From: a virus
Taxonomy: Duplodnaviria; Heunggongvirae; Uroviricota; Caudoviricetes
DNA length: 46,723 nucleotides
Reading direction: 5' to 3' (one strand)
Virus record (IMG/VR): IMGVR_UViG_647533159_000003
The position numbers and the translations under genes are program-made. This document shows, one piece after another, positions 9,541-17,956 of this stretch. Every line of letters begins with the position of its first letter. The stretch's first letter is position 1. The notes under the pieces were generated by a model. The model saw only the letters and a list, made by a program, of their open reading frames with translations. It was not told the DNA's origin and ran no database searches.

Positions 9541-10171
9541 TTACCAGGCACTGCGAATGGCGGCAGAAAATGCAACCCCTGGCGAATGGTGTTCTGATGA
9601 CTACTATGGGGTAATTGCTGATTCCGGAATGAATGGCAATTACTACATAGCATTATGCTCAGGACCAGATAAGCGCGCCAATAAGCGATTCATAGCAGCA
9701 GCCAATCCGGCTACCGTGCTGGCACTGCTGGATGAACGGGAAGCCCAAAGCAAACGCATTGCAGAGCTGGAGGCTAATCTTGCTGCGCTTGCGGCGGAGA
9801 ATGCGGGGCTGAATAAATTTATCGTACAGAGTTGCTACGTGTTTGATGGCGAGCAGGATGAACTATCTGATGCGTATATCTGCGCAATAGACGGAAGGAT
9901 GCCGCAAACCCCAGCCACCGACGCTTTCTTGGCTGAAGTGAAGACTGAAGCACGCAAGGAGGGCGCTTACTTTGTGGCGAACAGAATGCTGGCTGCCTGG
10001 GAAGCTGGTTTTATTGATGATACTGCGAAGAACGCCGCGGATATTGCCCGGATGATTCTTACCTCTACTGAGTTTATGGCTAATGCGCCGGAAGGCGATT
10101 TTGACCGCTCATTCTCTGATGGCGTTCTCGAAGATATCGCCGAACAGCTTCGAAAAGGAGGTAAACAGTGA
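9527..10171 (+). CDS. ead/Ea22-like family protein
   Basis: AGGAGG SD 6 nt before GTG 9527; N-terminus ...NYQALRMAAENATPGEWCSDDYYG typical of this family. Confidence 0.6.
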   Translation: MSNINYQALRMAAENATPGEWCSDDYYGVIADSGMNGNYYIALCSGPDKRANKRFIAAANPATVLALLDEREAQSKRIAELEANLAALAAENAGLNKFIVQSCYVFDGEQDELSDAYICAIDGRMPQTPATDAFLAEVKTEARKEGAYFVANRMLAAWEAGFIDDTAKNAADIARMILTSTEFMANAPEGDFDRSFSDGVLEDIAEQLRKGGKQ

Positions 10172-10422
10172 GTGAGCCAAAATGCCAAATTAATGGCAAC
10201 AAGATAGAACCATGTGCAGCACTGGCAAAATCCCTTGAGCATGATGCTGAATACACGACGCGAAAAGGTCTGCTGATATACAAAATCTGGAATGAGAGTT
10301 TAACTCGCGGCCCTGATTTGGTGATGTTGCGTTCCGGTGAATTTTCTAAATCACCAGTGCGGGTTTCATTTTGTCCGTTCTGTGGTGAAAGTCTGAAAAC
10401 GTGGGAGAACAGAAATGAATGA
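10168..10422 (+). CDS. Hypothetical protein with C-terminal CxxC (84 aa)
   Basis: AAGGAGG SD, GTG start overlapping the upstream stop (GTGA); C-terminal CPFCGESL. Confidence 0.5.
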   Translation: MSEPKCQINGNKIEPCAALAKSLEHDAEYTTRKGLLIYKIWNESLTRGPDLVMLRSGEFSKSPVRVSFCPFCGESLKTWENRNE

Positions 10423-10720
10423 AATTAAAGAAATACCAGTAGTACGTGATGAATATGGCTGCTGGACGCATCCTGAATATGAAAAATTCTGTGATGGTAG
10501 AGAACTTATTTCAACGGAAGAGTTTAACGCCTGGATGGAGGAAAATAATCTTCAATGGACCATCAGAACTATGGATGAAGATGATTTTAATCTGGACGCG
10601 GATGGTCCCGATATTGCCTCCTGGAAACCGGAGCGCCCGGAAGGTGAAGGCTGGTTCATTGGTTCCATTCATGACACTGAAGATGGTCCTGTTTGTGTAT
10701 GGCTGAGAAATAAGGCTTAA
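10415..10720 (+). CDS. Hypothetical nin-region protein (101 aa)
   Basis: GGGAG SD; ATG 10415 overlaps the upstream gene by 8 nt; acidic protein. Confidence 0.55.
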   Translation: MNEIKEIPVVRDEYGCWTHPEYEKFCDGRELISTEEFNAWMEENNLQWTIRTMDEDDFNLDADGPDIASWKPERPEGEGWFIGSIHDTEDGPVCVWLRNKA

Positions 10721-10853
10721 GCATAAAGGCGATAAACCACCTGACAACAAAACACTGAAAATTTAAATCAGAAGTGATTTTTATTAAATCCTTAACCGGA
10801 GGGATTCCTGCACCCTCAAATCATCAGGAGGCCGCCCGAAAGGGCGGTAATGA

Positions 10854-11072
10854 ATGGTCACATTATTCAGAAAAAAATATCCACGAAAGAGTAGAACAAC
10901 AGAATTCCTGTTTCTCATTCTGTTTATCGTGTTGATGATACCGATATCCCCGTTAATCCTGGTCTGGGTAATTGGAAAAATAATTGAACCAGTTATTGAG
11001 TTATATACCGATGTGACATGGGAACCATTCAGGGCGCTACACAATAAATTTAATCCGTATAAGGAAAACTGA
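10854..11072 (+). CDS. Putative small membrane protein (72 aa)
   Basis: Single strongly hydrophobic segment (FLFLILFIVLMIPISPLILVWVIG); AGGAGG and a GNRA hairpin precede the ATG. Confidence 0.3.
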   Translation: MVTLFRKKYPRKSRTTEFLFLILFIVLMIPISPLILVWVIGKIIEPVIELYTDVTWEPFRALHNKFNPYKEN

Positions 11073-11073
11073 T

Positions 11074-11361
11074 ATGACCACTATTACCAAAGAACGTATT
11101 GAATTGTTCATTAAAAATCCGCTTGAAAACGGGCTTACTCGTGGCGAACAAATGGAACTGGCACGAATTGCACTGGCATCACTGGCAGCAGTATCGGATG
11201 AACGAGCAGCCTATGAATTATTTATGGAGAAGCGTTTCGGGGAATCTGTAGATCGCCGCAGGGCAAAAAATGGCGATAGAGAATACATGGCATGGGATAT
11301 GGCGCTTGGCTGGATTATCTGGTGTCACCGCGCCGCAATGCTTAAGGGAGATAAATCATGA
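11074..11361 (+). CDS. Hypothetical protein (95 aa)
   Basis: AAGGAAAA SD-like before ATG 11074; start 2 nt after the upstream ORF's stop. Confidence 0.5.
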   Translation: MTTITKERIELFIKNPLENGLTRGEQMELARIALASLAAVSDERAAYELFMEKRFGESVDRRRAKNGDREYMAWDMALGWIIWCHRAAMLKGDKS

Positions 11362-11723
11362 TTAATCGAACCAAACTGGAACACATTCTCGAATATGCCA
11401 GGCAGCAGAGGCGCTTTGGTCAGCATTGCAAAATTCCGCCAGGAGATATGGTTGAAATCGTGGAGATTGCCATGCGCAAGGCTGGCAACTCTCCGGTAAC
11501 TCCGGATGGTTGGATAAGCTGTAGTGAGCGAATGCCGGAAAAGAACCAGAACGTGCTTATTTCGGTGAATTTCGATAGCTCTCTGGTTGAACCGCTAATA
11601 TGCTCCGCACGCTATACAGGAAGCACATTCCGGCGAGGAGAAGCAACGATTAAGCCGGGTAATGGTATTGAGCAGGCAACTCACTGGATGCCGCTACCGG
11701 AGCCACCGCAGGAGGTGAACTGA
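11358..11723 (+). CDS. DUF551-type phage protein
   Basis: C-terminal ...THWMPLPEPPQEV signature; start overlaps the upstream stop. Confidence 0.6.
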   Translation: MINRTKLEHILEYARQQRRFGQHCKIPPGDMVEIVEIAMRKAGNSPVTPDGWISCSERMPEKNQNVLISVNFDSSLVEPLICSARYTGSTFRRGEATIKPGNGIEQATHWMPLPEPPQEVN

Positions 11724-12118
11724 TGAAAAATGAAGTCGACAATGTTATCACCCTCGTACAGCCAAAATCAGAGGAGGAAGGACTCCTCAACGTTGTGATA
11801 ACCGACAGAAAAAGCGGCGAGCAAAAATGCTGTCAGCATATTCGTACAACAATTTCAGAAGTGAATCGTACGATTACCTGCAAACGGTGTGGATTAGCTT
11901 TAGATCCGTTCGAGTTTATTCTCGACCGTGCGAGAAACGGTGAAAACATCGTGTCTGAGATTAAATCACTCTATGCAAAGCGGGATGCTCTTCGTGAAGC
12001 TGTGGCAAAACTTGAACGTGAAGAGAAAAACGCCAAAGCCCGGTTACGAGCAGCCAGGACAGCAATACTGTATGCGGAAAATGACCTTAAAAATATTGAG
12101 CAGGAGGTGAATCGATGA
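11723..12118 (+). CDS. Hypothetical protein with zinc-ribbon-like Cys pairs and C-terminal coiled coil
   Basis: CC...C..C pattern (KCCQHIRTT...CKRCG); C-terminal K/E/R-rich heptad region. Confidence 0.5.
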   Translation: MKNEVDNVITLVQPKSEEEGLLNVVITDRKSGEQKCCQHIRTTISEVNRTITCKRCGLALDPFEFILDRARNGENIVSEIKSLYAKRDALREAVAKLEREEKNAKARLRAARTAILYAENDLKNIEQEVNR

Positions 12119-12198
12119 CCTGGCCTGAAGCATTCACAACGGTAGGAATTGCAATGGCGGCGGCGCTGGTGGTGTATTCGATTTGCCGCTGGATGTAA
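12115..12198 (+). CDS. Small hydrophobic peptide (27 aa), translationally coupled
   Basis: AGGAGG SD 7 nt before ATG 12115, which overlaps the upstream stop (ATGA); MTWPEAFTTVGIAMAAALVVYSICRWM. Confidence 0.4.
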   Translation: MTWPEAFTTVGIAMAAALVVYSICRWM

Positions 12199-12360
12199 GG
12201 TATTAAAAAAACGCCCCGCATACAGACGTTGAGCGCCTGAGATGTGGGGATAGGGAGTTAGTTAAATAGTTATACAACAATACCTGATTTTATATTGAAG
12301 CAAGAAATAGGTTGCTACATATTGAATCATGCGCGTGTACGTCAAATATGGGAGGTCATC

Positions 12361-12450
12361 GTGCTGGTTCTGAAATGTGCGCTGGCTGTTGCGGCAGTAA
12401 TGGCAATTTATTGTCTTGTTATCGTTCTTATGAATCACCTTTCTGATTGA
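12361..12450 (+). CDS. Small hydrophobic peptide (29 aa), possible type I toxin-like membrane peptide
   Basis: GGGAGG SD 5 nt before GTG 12361; VLVLKCALAVAAVMAIYCLVIVLMNHLSD. Confidence 0.3.
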   Translation: MLVLKCALAVAAVMAIYCLVIVLMNHLSD

Positions 12451-12663
12451 TTTCATATTGGCGAGGTGATGGGAGTTAAGTAGAATTGCTGCGGGTGCTT
12501 GAGGCTATCTGCCTCGGGCATGAACACCAACGGCAGATAGAGAAAAGCCCCAGTTAACATTACGCGTCCTGCAAGACGCTTAACATTAATCTGAGGCATA
12601 TCTGTATGCGACACATAAAGATTAGCCTCTTAACAGTAAGAAATCAACTAACAGGGGGCTGTA

Positions 12664-12809
12664 ATGCGAAGGAGCTATGTGTTTTGTCTGGTGGTGGTTT
12701 GCATCACCATTCTGATATTTGTCTGGATGGTTCGCTATGCGAGCTGCACATCAGGCAGGGAAACACAGAGCTTTCAGCGTATTTAGCCTACGAAGTTGAA
12801 AAACGTTAA
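12664..12809 (+). pseudogene. hok/gef-family type I toxin gene with an internal frameshift (mok-like overlapping frame 12606-12809)
   Basis: Frame from ATG 12664 gives MRRSYVFCLVVVCITILIFVWMVR (Hok TM-like); the Hok C-terminal signature SLCELHIRQGNTELSAYLAYE continues in the adjacent frame. Confidence 0.55.
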
Positions 12810-12876
12810 GAGCTACGGCGGGGAGCAATTCCCGCCACTCTTTAAGTTGTCAGGTATCCTCAATGCACCCGCACTT

Positions 12877-12897
12877 AACCCGCTTCGGCGGGTTTTT
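12877..12897 (+). terminator. Rho-independent terminator (copy 1 of a repeated 21-mer)
   Basis: aaCCCGCttcgGCGGGttttt. Confidence 0.7.
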
Positions 12898-13023
12898 CGT
12901 CGCATTATGAGGTTGTAATTTTAGCTACCATTAGACTATCCTAAGGATCTCAAACAGATCTATTTTGCATCAAATTTGGTGCATGGCTTTGCCAATAATC
13001 GGAAAACAAAAGGACTCATTAGT

Positions 13024-13203
13024 ATGAGCTGCCCACTCAAAAAACACACGCGGTTGAGTATTCCGCCTCGCGATAAAAGCGTTGTGGCAGTCCCTCGCCC
13101 AGCGATTGATGAAAACTGCGCACATCGTGAACAAGTGAAAAATGCTTTTGACTTCGGTTTTTCTCGTTATGAGAAAGCCATGGAAGACCTCTCTAAAGTG
13201 TAA
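13024..13203 (+). CDS. Putative antitoxin partner of the Doc-family toxin
   Basis: 59-aa ORF ending 3 nt before the toxin start; no family recognised; alternative TTG start at 12976. Confidence 0.4.
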   Translation: MSCPLKKHTRLSIPPRDKSVVAVPRPAIDENCAHREQVKNAFDFGFSRYEKAMEDLSKV

Positions 13204-13206
13204 TAG

Positions 13207-13707
13207 ATGGGGCTGTACTCCATGGCTGAGATTGTTGAAGGTGTGCATTACCTTACGGTTGATGATCTTGTTGAAATCAATTGTTCCCTAATTGAATTAC
13301 AGACGCCAGATGAGCCCGTTGGTGTTCTGAGTCCAGATAACTTAAGTTCTTCTCAGGCCCGTCCCAGCATGGTTCGATGGTATGAACAGATCAATGACAT
13401 GTTTGTACTGGCATCGGCATTGATTGAAAGTCTGATTCAGAATCATCCGTTTGCTAATGCGAACAAACGAACAGCTATGATGGCTGGTTACGTCTTCTTG
13501 TTGTTGAATGGCTATGAGTTAACAGCACCAGGCGATGAAATCGTGGAAATGGCAGAGGGACTGGCCTGCAAAACCTATACTCGAGAAGATCTCGAGAACT
13601 GGTTGTGTTATTGGTCTCGCGCGTATGACAGCCGGGAATTATGTAAAACAGGCGCAACTATTGTTTTGTATGAAACTATCAAGCTAAAAATAGAACAGCA
13701 AAACTAA
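13207..13707 (+). CDS. Fic/Doc-family toxin (Doc-like motif HPFANANKR)
   Basis: Motif ...NHPFANANKRTAMMAGYVFLL... fits the Doc signature HxFx(D/N)(A/G)NKR. Confidence 0.7.
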   Translation: MGLYSMAEIVEGVHYLTVDDLVEINCSLIELQTPDEPVGVLSPDNLSSSQARPSMVRWYEQINDMFVLASALIESLIQNHPFANANKRTAMMAGYVFLLLNGYELTAPGDEIVEMAEGLACKTYTREDLENWLCYWSRAYDSRELCKTGATIVLYETIKLKIEQQN

Positions 13708-13723
13708 AGGTGCTTCCAATGAA

Positions 13724-13745
13724 AACCCGCTTCGGCGGGTTTTTT
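13724..13745 (+). terminator. Rho-independent terminator (copy 2 of the same 21-mer)
   Basis: aaCCCGCttcgGCGGGtttttt, identical to the 12877-12897 core. Confidence 0.75.
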
Positions 13746-14169
13746 GTTGTTTATTTTCGGTGAGTATGATGCATCTGGTTGTACTGATGTGGCTGGCTGA
13801 TTCTGTTATTCAGGTGGCTTATTGCTGTTGATTGGTATGTCTTCACGGCTAGAATCGAGGATCTTAAGTAGCGCGCAGGGAGAAGAGGGATGGACCCCTT
13901 AAGGGGAGGTGTTTAAAGTTCACGGGATTTTGGTTATGAACGATAAGGAATTAATTGCTGCGCTCTCTGTACCTGGTAATTATGAAGTAATAGTTCTTGA
14001 GAATGGTGAATTTATCGTAATGCCATTGCCACCCGATGTTATTCTGATCACCAAAGAATCGCATGCGGATTCGGTCAGTCACTTCAGCATTAAGAAAGAC
14101 TAGATTATAATGCCGTAGTTAAAGCCAGCCTGAACAACTGGCGTCTGTCGCACCATTACGAGGATAGTA

Positions 14170-14448
14170 GTGGTGCATTACAAGAAAATTAACAATTCTG
14201 ATAATACAGCCGTCTTTGCCAGCAGGCACGGGCGGCGTTCTCATGCATTTAAATCTGACTGGTTCCAGCATGATCCATGCACTGAAGAACAGGCCGAATG
14301 GCTGATTCAGAACTATCGCAGACGTGGGTATGAGTTTAGGAAAGCCCTCAGCCTCGATTATCGTCACTGGATAATCTACGTCAGGCTCCCTTATTCCGAA
14401 CGCCCACCACGCCCGTCCCGCACATTCCAGCAACGGATCTGGAGGTAA
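14170..14448 (+). CDS. Hypothetical protein (92 aa)
   Basis: GTG start with GAGGA upstream; stop lies 1 nt before the DUF968 start. Confidence 0.4.
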   Translation: MVHYKKINNSDNTAVFASRHGRRSHAFKSDWFQHDPCTEEQAEWLIQNYRRRGYEFRKALSLDYRHWIIYVRLPYSERPPRPSRTFQQRIWR

Positions 14449-14449
14449 C

Positions 14450-15496
14450 GTGCGGGTATTACTTCGACCTGTTCCGATACCGGAACTCGGGCTGGTGGTC
14501 CTTAAACCAGGCCGTGAATCCATGCAGGTATTTCATAACCCTCGAGTGCTGGTGGAGCCGGAACCGAAAAGCATGCGAGGTCTGCCATCCGGAGTCGTTC
14601 CTGCCGTTCGCCAGCCGCTGGCGGAGGATAAATCATTACTGCCATTTTTCAGCGATGAGCGGGTGATTCGTGCTGCTGGCGGCGCTGGTGCACTGTCTGA
14701 CTGGCTGTTGCGTCATATCAAATCCTGCCAGTGGCCTCATGGTGACTACCACCACAGCGAAACCGTCATACATCGTTACGGTACCGGCGCGATGGTGTTG
14801 TGCTGGCACTGCGACAACCAGCTGCGTGACCAGACTTCCGAATCACTCGGGCAACTTGCTCATCGAAACCTGTCAGCATGGATGATTGACGTCATACGCC
14901 ATGCAATGAACGGCACGCAGGAGCGGGAACTGTCGCTGGCTGAATTATCCTGGTGGGCGGTCCGCAATCAGGTGGCGGACGCGCTACCGGAAGCGGTATT
15001 ACGTCGTTCGCTGGGGTTGCGTGCGGAAAAAATCCGCTCAATGTACCGTGAAAGCGACATAGTACCGGGAGAGCAGACCGCCACCAGCATACTGAAGCAG
15101 CGCACAAAAAATCTTGCGCCGCTGCCTCACGCCCACCAGCAAAACCCGCCACAGGAAAAGACGGTGGTCAGCATTGCCGTTGATCCGGAGTCTCCTGAAT
15201 CTTTCATGAAGCGACCTAAACGTCGCCGTTGGGTAAATGAGAAATATACGCGCTGGGTAAAGACACAGCCGTGTGAGTGTTGTGGTAAGCCAGCCGACGA
15301 TCCCCATCACCTGATTGGTCATGGTCAGGGCGGAATGGGAACAAAATCCCACGATATTTTTACGCTACCGCTGTGCCGGGAGCATCACAATGAACTTCAT
15401 GCTGATCCGCTGGCATTTGAAGAAAAGCATGGTTCCCAGATTGATTTAATTTTTCGTTTTCTTGATCACGCCTTTGCAACCGGCGTGCTCGGGTAA
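14450..15496 (+). CDS. DUF968 family protein (YdfU-like; C-terminal HNH-like Cys/His cluster)
   Basis: GGAGG SD then GTG; C-terminus CECCGKPADDPHHLIGHGQGG...CREHHNELH. Confidence 0.75.
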   Translation: MRVLLRPVPIPELGLVVLKPGRESMQVFHNPRVLVEPEPKSMRGLPSGVVPAVRQPLAEDKSLLPFFSDERVIRAAGGAGALSDWLLRHIKSCQWPHGDYHHSETVIHRYGTGAMVLCWHCDNQLRDQTSESLGQLAHRNLSAWMIDVIRHAMNGTQERELSLAELSWWAVRNQVADALPEAVLRRSLGLRAEKIRSMYRESDIVPGEQTATSILKQRTKNLAPLPHAHQQNPPQEKTVVSIAVDPESPESFMKRPKRRRWVNEKYTRWVKTQPCECCGKPADDPHHLIGHGQGGMGTKSHDIFTLPLCREHHNELHADPLAFEEKHGSQIDLIFRFLDHAFATGVLG

Positions 15497-15508
15497 AAGA
15501 GGTTACTG

Positions 15509-15868
15509 ATGCGTATAGAGTTTGTTTTGCCTTACCCACCGACAGTGAACACCTACTGGCGGCGTCGTGGCAGCACATATTTTGTATCAAAAGCCGGTGA
15601 GCGTTATCGCAGGGACGTTGCGCTTATCGTTCGTCAACTGCAATTGAAATTAAATCTGTCCGGAAGGCTGGCGATAAAGATTATTGCAGAGCCGCCGGAT
15701 AAGCGCCGTCGTGACTTGGACAACATTCTGAAAGCACCACTGGATGCACTGACGCATGCGGGGCTTCTCATAGACGACGAGCAGTTTGATGAAATTAATA
15801 TTGTGCGCGGTCTTCCTGTTCCTGGTGGTCGGTTGGGGATAAAAATCACAGAACTGGAGTGCGCATGA
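15509..15868 (+). CDS. rusA: Holliday junction resolvase RusA
   Basis: 119 aa; ...DKRRRDLDNILKAPLDALTHAGLLIDD... matches the RusA family. Confidence 0.85.
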   Translation: MRIEFVLPYPPTVNTYWRRRGSTYFVSKAGERYRRDVALIVRQLQLKLNLSGRLAIKIIAEPPDKRRRDLDNILKAPLDALTHAGLLIDDEQFDEINIVRGLPVPGGRLGIKITELECA

Positions 15869-16554
15869 ATAACCAGTATTTACAGTTTGTTCGTGAGCAG
15901 CTCATTATCGCCACCGCCGATTTGAGTGGGGCAACAAAAGGCCAGCTTGAAGCCTGGCTGGAGAATGCCATGTTCGATACAGGGCGTTACAGGCGTAAAA
16001 AAATCCGGTACCGCGATGAAGTGACTGGAAAAATGATCACGCGGGATAATCCACCAATCCCGGGGAAACAATCGCTGGCAAAGGGGACGTCAATTCCTCT
16101 GGTAAGTCAGGTTGAGTTTTCGACATCATCATGGCGACGGGCAGTTCTGTCTCTTGAAGAACACCATAAAGCCTGGTTGCTGTGGTGTTACAGCGGCAGC
16201 ATTTGCTGGGAACACCAGATTGCGATAACACAGTGGGTGTGGAATGAATTTAACGCCCAATCCGGTACCAGAAAAATTGCAGGGAAAACGCTGGAGCGCC
16301 TGAAAAAATTAATCTGGCTGGCGGCACAGGATGTGAAGAGTGAGCTGGCTGGGCGTGAAACTTATGAATATCAGGAGCTGGCATTACTGGCGGGAGTAAC
16401 AACAAAAAACTGGTCCAAAACATTTACTGGTCACTGGGTTGCAATGAAACACATTTTCCACCGTCTGGATAGTGAGGCTTTATTGTTTGTGATGAGAACA
16501 CGTTCAGAACAAAAGGCGGCATTTTCAAAGCAAAGTGTTGCAAAAGTAGATTAA
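15865..16554 (+). CDS. Putative late-gene antiterminator Q
   Basis: ATG overlaps the rusA stop (ATGA); sits directly upstream of a strong promoter plus terminator (PR'/tR'-like). Confidence 0.6.
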   Translation: MNNQYLQFVREQLIIATADLSGATKGQLEAWLENAMFDTGRYRRKKIRYRDEVTGKMITRDNPPIPGKQSLAKGTSIPLVSQVEFSTSSWRRAVLSLEEHHKAWLLWCYSGSICWEHQIAITQWVWNEFNAQSGTRKIAGKTLERLKKLIWLAAQDVKSELAGRETYEYQELALLAGVTTKNWSKTFTGHWVAMKHIFHRLDSEALLFVMRTRSEQKAAFSKQSVAKVD

Positions 16555-16566
16555 AAGGCATATATT
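16538..16566 (+). promoter_or_regulatory. Late promoter candidate (PR'-like)
   Basis: TTGCAA (16538-16543)-17 nt-TATATT (16561-16566), overlapping the Q stop codon. Confidence 0.55.
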
Positions 16567-16616
16567 TCGTGCAAATCTGATATTTTGCCGATTTTGTACA
16601 CGATGGCAAAGCAAGC

Positions 16617-16644
16617 AAAACCCGCTGCCGAGCGGGTTTTTTTA
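16617..16644 (+). terminator. Rho-independent terminator about 50 nt downstream of the late promoter (tR'-like)
   Basis: CCCGCT-gccg-AGCGGG followed by TTTTTTT. Confidence 0.75.
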
Positions 16645-16878
16645 TGTCCGCAAAATGGCGTGGAAGAAAAAATTAATCAGATTGTAACTGAGATAAAAAA
16701 CAATCGTTAAATATGCATTTAATAATTTCTTTATTTCATAAAAAATAAAAACATATATGTATATTTACAAATCTTGATGTGATTTTCCATTGAAAAGAGA
16801 GCTGGTATTATTAATATCGGTCCCCGGTTCCGAAGGGGATGTAAGCGCGGTCATTTTTATTTCTCTTGAGGAACCAGT

Positions 16879-16954
<76 letters not shown>

Positions 16955-16957
16955 TAT

Positions 16958-17032
<75 letters not shown>

Positions 17033-17299
17033 TAGTAGTAAGGCGAGATTGTGTTATGCACTGACACATTATATATGTGGGGATGGTTTTTGGCCTCTTT
17101 ATCCACGTCCCGTTCTGTAATGAGTGATACCAATTGCAGTCCAGTGCTATTTTTTTACACCATCGGAATGGTGCATCATTGGTAGAGATTTGCAATATCT
17201 CTGGCAGGGTCGGTGATGCATCATCCCGATGTTGTAAACATCGCTAAACGTGACATTGAGATTAATCATATACTAATCAAAATCTGGTAATACATCCTT

Positions 17300-17326
17300 A
17301 ACCGCCGTACCAGGCGGTTTTTTTTA
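17300..17326 (+). terminator. Rho-independent terminator downstream of the tRNA pair
   Basis: CCGCC-gtacca-GGCGG followed by 8 T. Confidence 0.7.
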
Positions 17327-17345
17327 TTCACAATACTGTTTCTTA

Positions 17346-17370
17346 TGGCTCGCTACGGCGGGCTTTTTTC
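17346..17370 (+). terminator. Second tandem terminator
   Basis: GCTCGC-tacg-GCGGGC (one G-U pair) followed by TTTTTT. Confidence 0.6.
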
Positions 17371-17430
17371 ATGTATACCCTGGCGGTTATTATGACGGCT
17401 TGTTTTTTTGTTCATAAGAGGATTGATACA

Positions 17431-17934
17431 GTGGTCACTTATGCGGATATCAGGGCGAAACAAGCCGAAATTCTGAAAGCTGAGCAGGAATACATTCAGC
17501 GGTTGCGGGATACAGCCAAAAGGCTGGTCAGTGTTTATGAAGACTCACTGGAATTGCCAGCTTCACAGTGGCGCGATATTAACGGCAAAGAACGTCCGTA
17601 TGTTTATATTTTGTGGAATGGGCACAATACAAAACCTGAGGATTTGCGAGTAGAGCTTCAGGATGGTGTCGCATTTGATTTGTGGACTGTCGTTGATGAT
17701 AACCCTCGTCAGTCTGCAAGCGTGAAGGTTGCGGTAAAGATTGTGTTGCTTGATGGCGATAACATAACGATTTCGGTTAATGGTTATCAGGTCAGAACAT
17801 TTTCGCACGTAGATTCGCACGCAAAATTTAACGAGGTATGCGAGTTCATCAAAGACAGTATTTTAATGTCGATGAATGATGTGAAATTTGGCAAAGCATC
17901 TCTTCCGAAGATAGAGGGCTGGAGCCGAAAATAG
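17431..17934 (+). CDS. Hypothetical cargo protein (167 aa) at the Q-lysis moron locus
   Basis: AAGAGGA SD 8 nt before GTG 17431 (the in-frame ATG 17371 abuts a terminator, so is unlikely to be the start). Confidence 0.6.
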   Translation: MVTYADIRAKQAEILKAEQEYIQRLRDTAKRLVSVYEDSLELPASQWRDINGKERPYVYILWNGHNTKPEDLRVELQDGVAFDLWTVVDDNPRQSASVKVAVKIVLLDGDNITISVNGYQVRTFSHVDSHAKFNEVCEFIKDSILMSMNDVKFGKASLPKIEGWSRK

Positions 17935-17956
17935 TTCGAAAATCTCTGAATCACCA

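Noticed and set aside
12262-12456. 64-aa minus-strand ORF in the AT-rich region upstream of the hok-like locus
   Set aside because: No RBS, a Cys/Tyr-rich odd composition, and it is antisense to a small ORF with a strong SD; the region more plausibly encodes leader or antisense RNA structure.
14119-15352. Minus-strand ORFs opposite the 92-aa gene and DUF968 gene (14119-14523, 14892-15152, 15038-15352)
   Set aside because: Antisense to well-supported plus-strand genes in a unidirectional operon; low-complexity translations.
17150-17235. Possible third tRNA or tRNA-like element after tRNA-Gly
   Set aside because: A 7-bp acceptor-like pairing (TGCATCA/TGATGCA) and an anticodon-like stem-loop exist, but there is no canonical T-arm (TTCGA loop), D-arm or CCA; at most a decayed relic. 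tRNAscan-SE would settle it.
17371-17430. ATG 17371 as the start of the cargo gene (187-aa version)
   Set aside because: A terminator T-tract ends at 17369-17370, leaving no room for an RBS; GTG 17431 has an AAGAGGA SD at the correct spacing.
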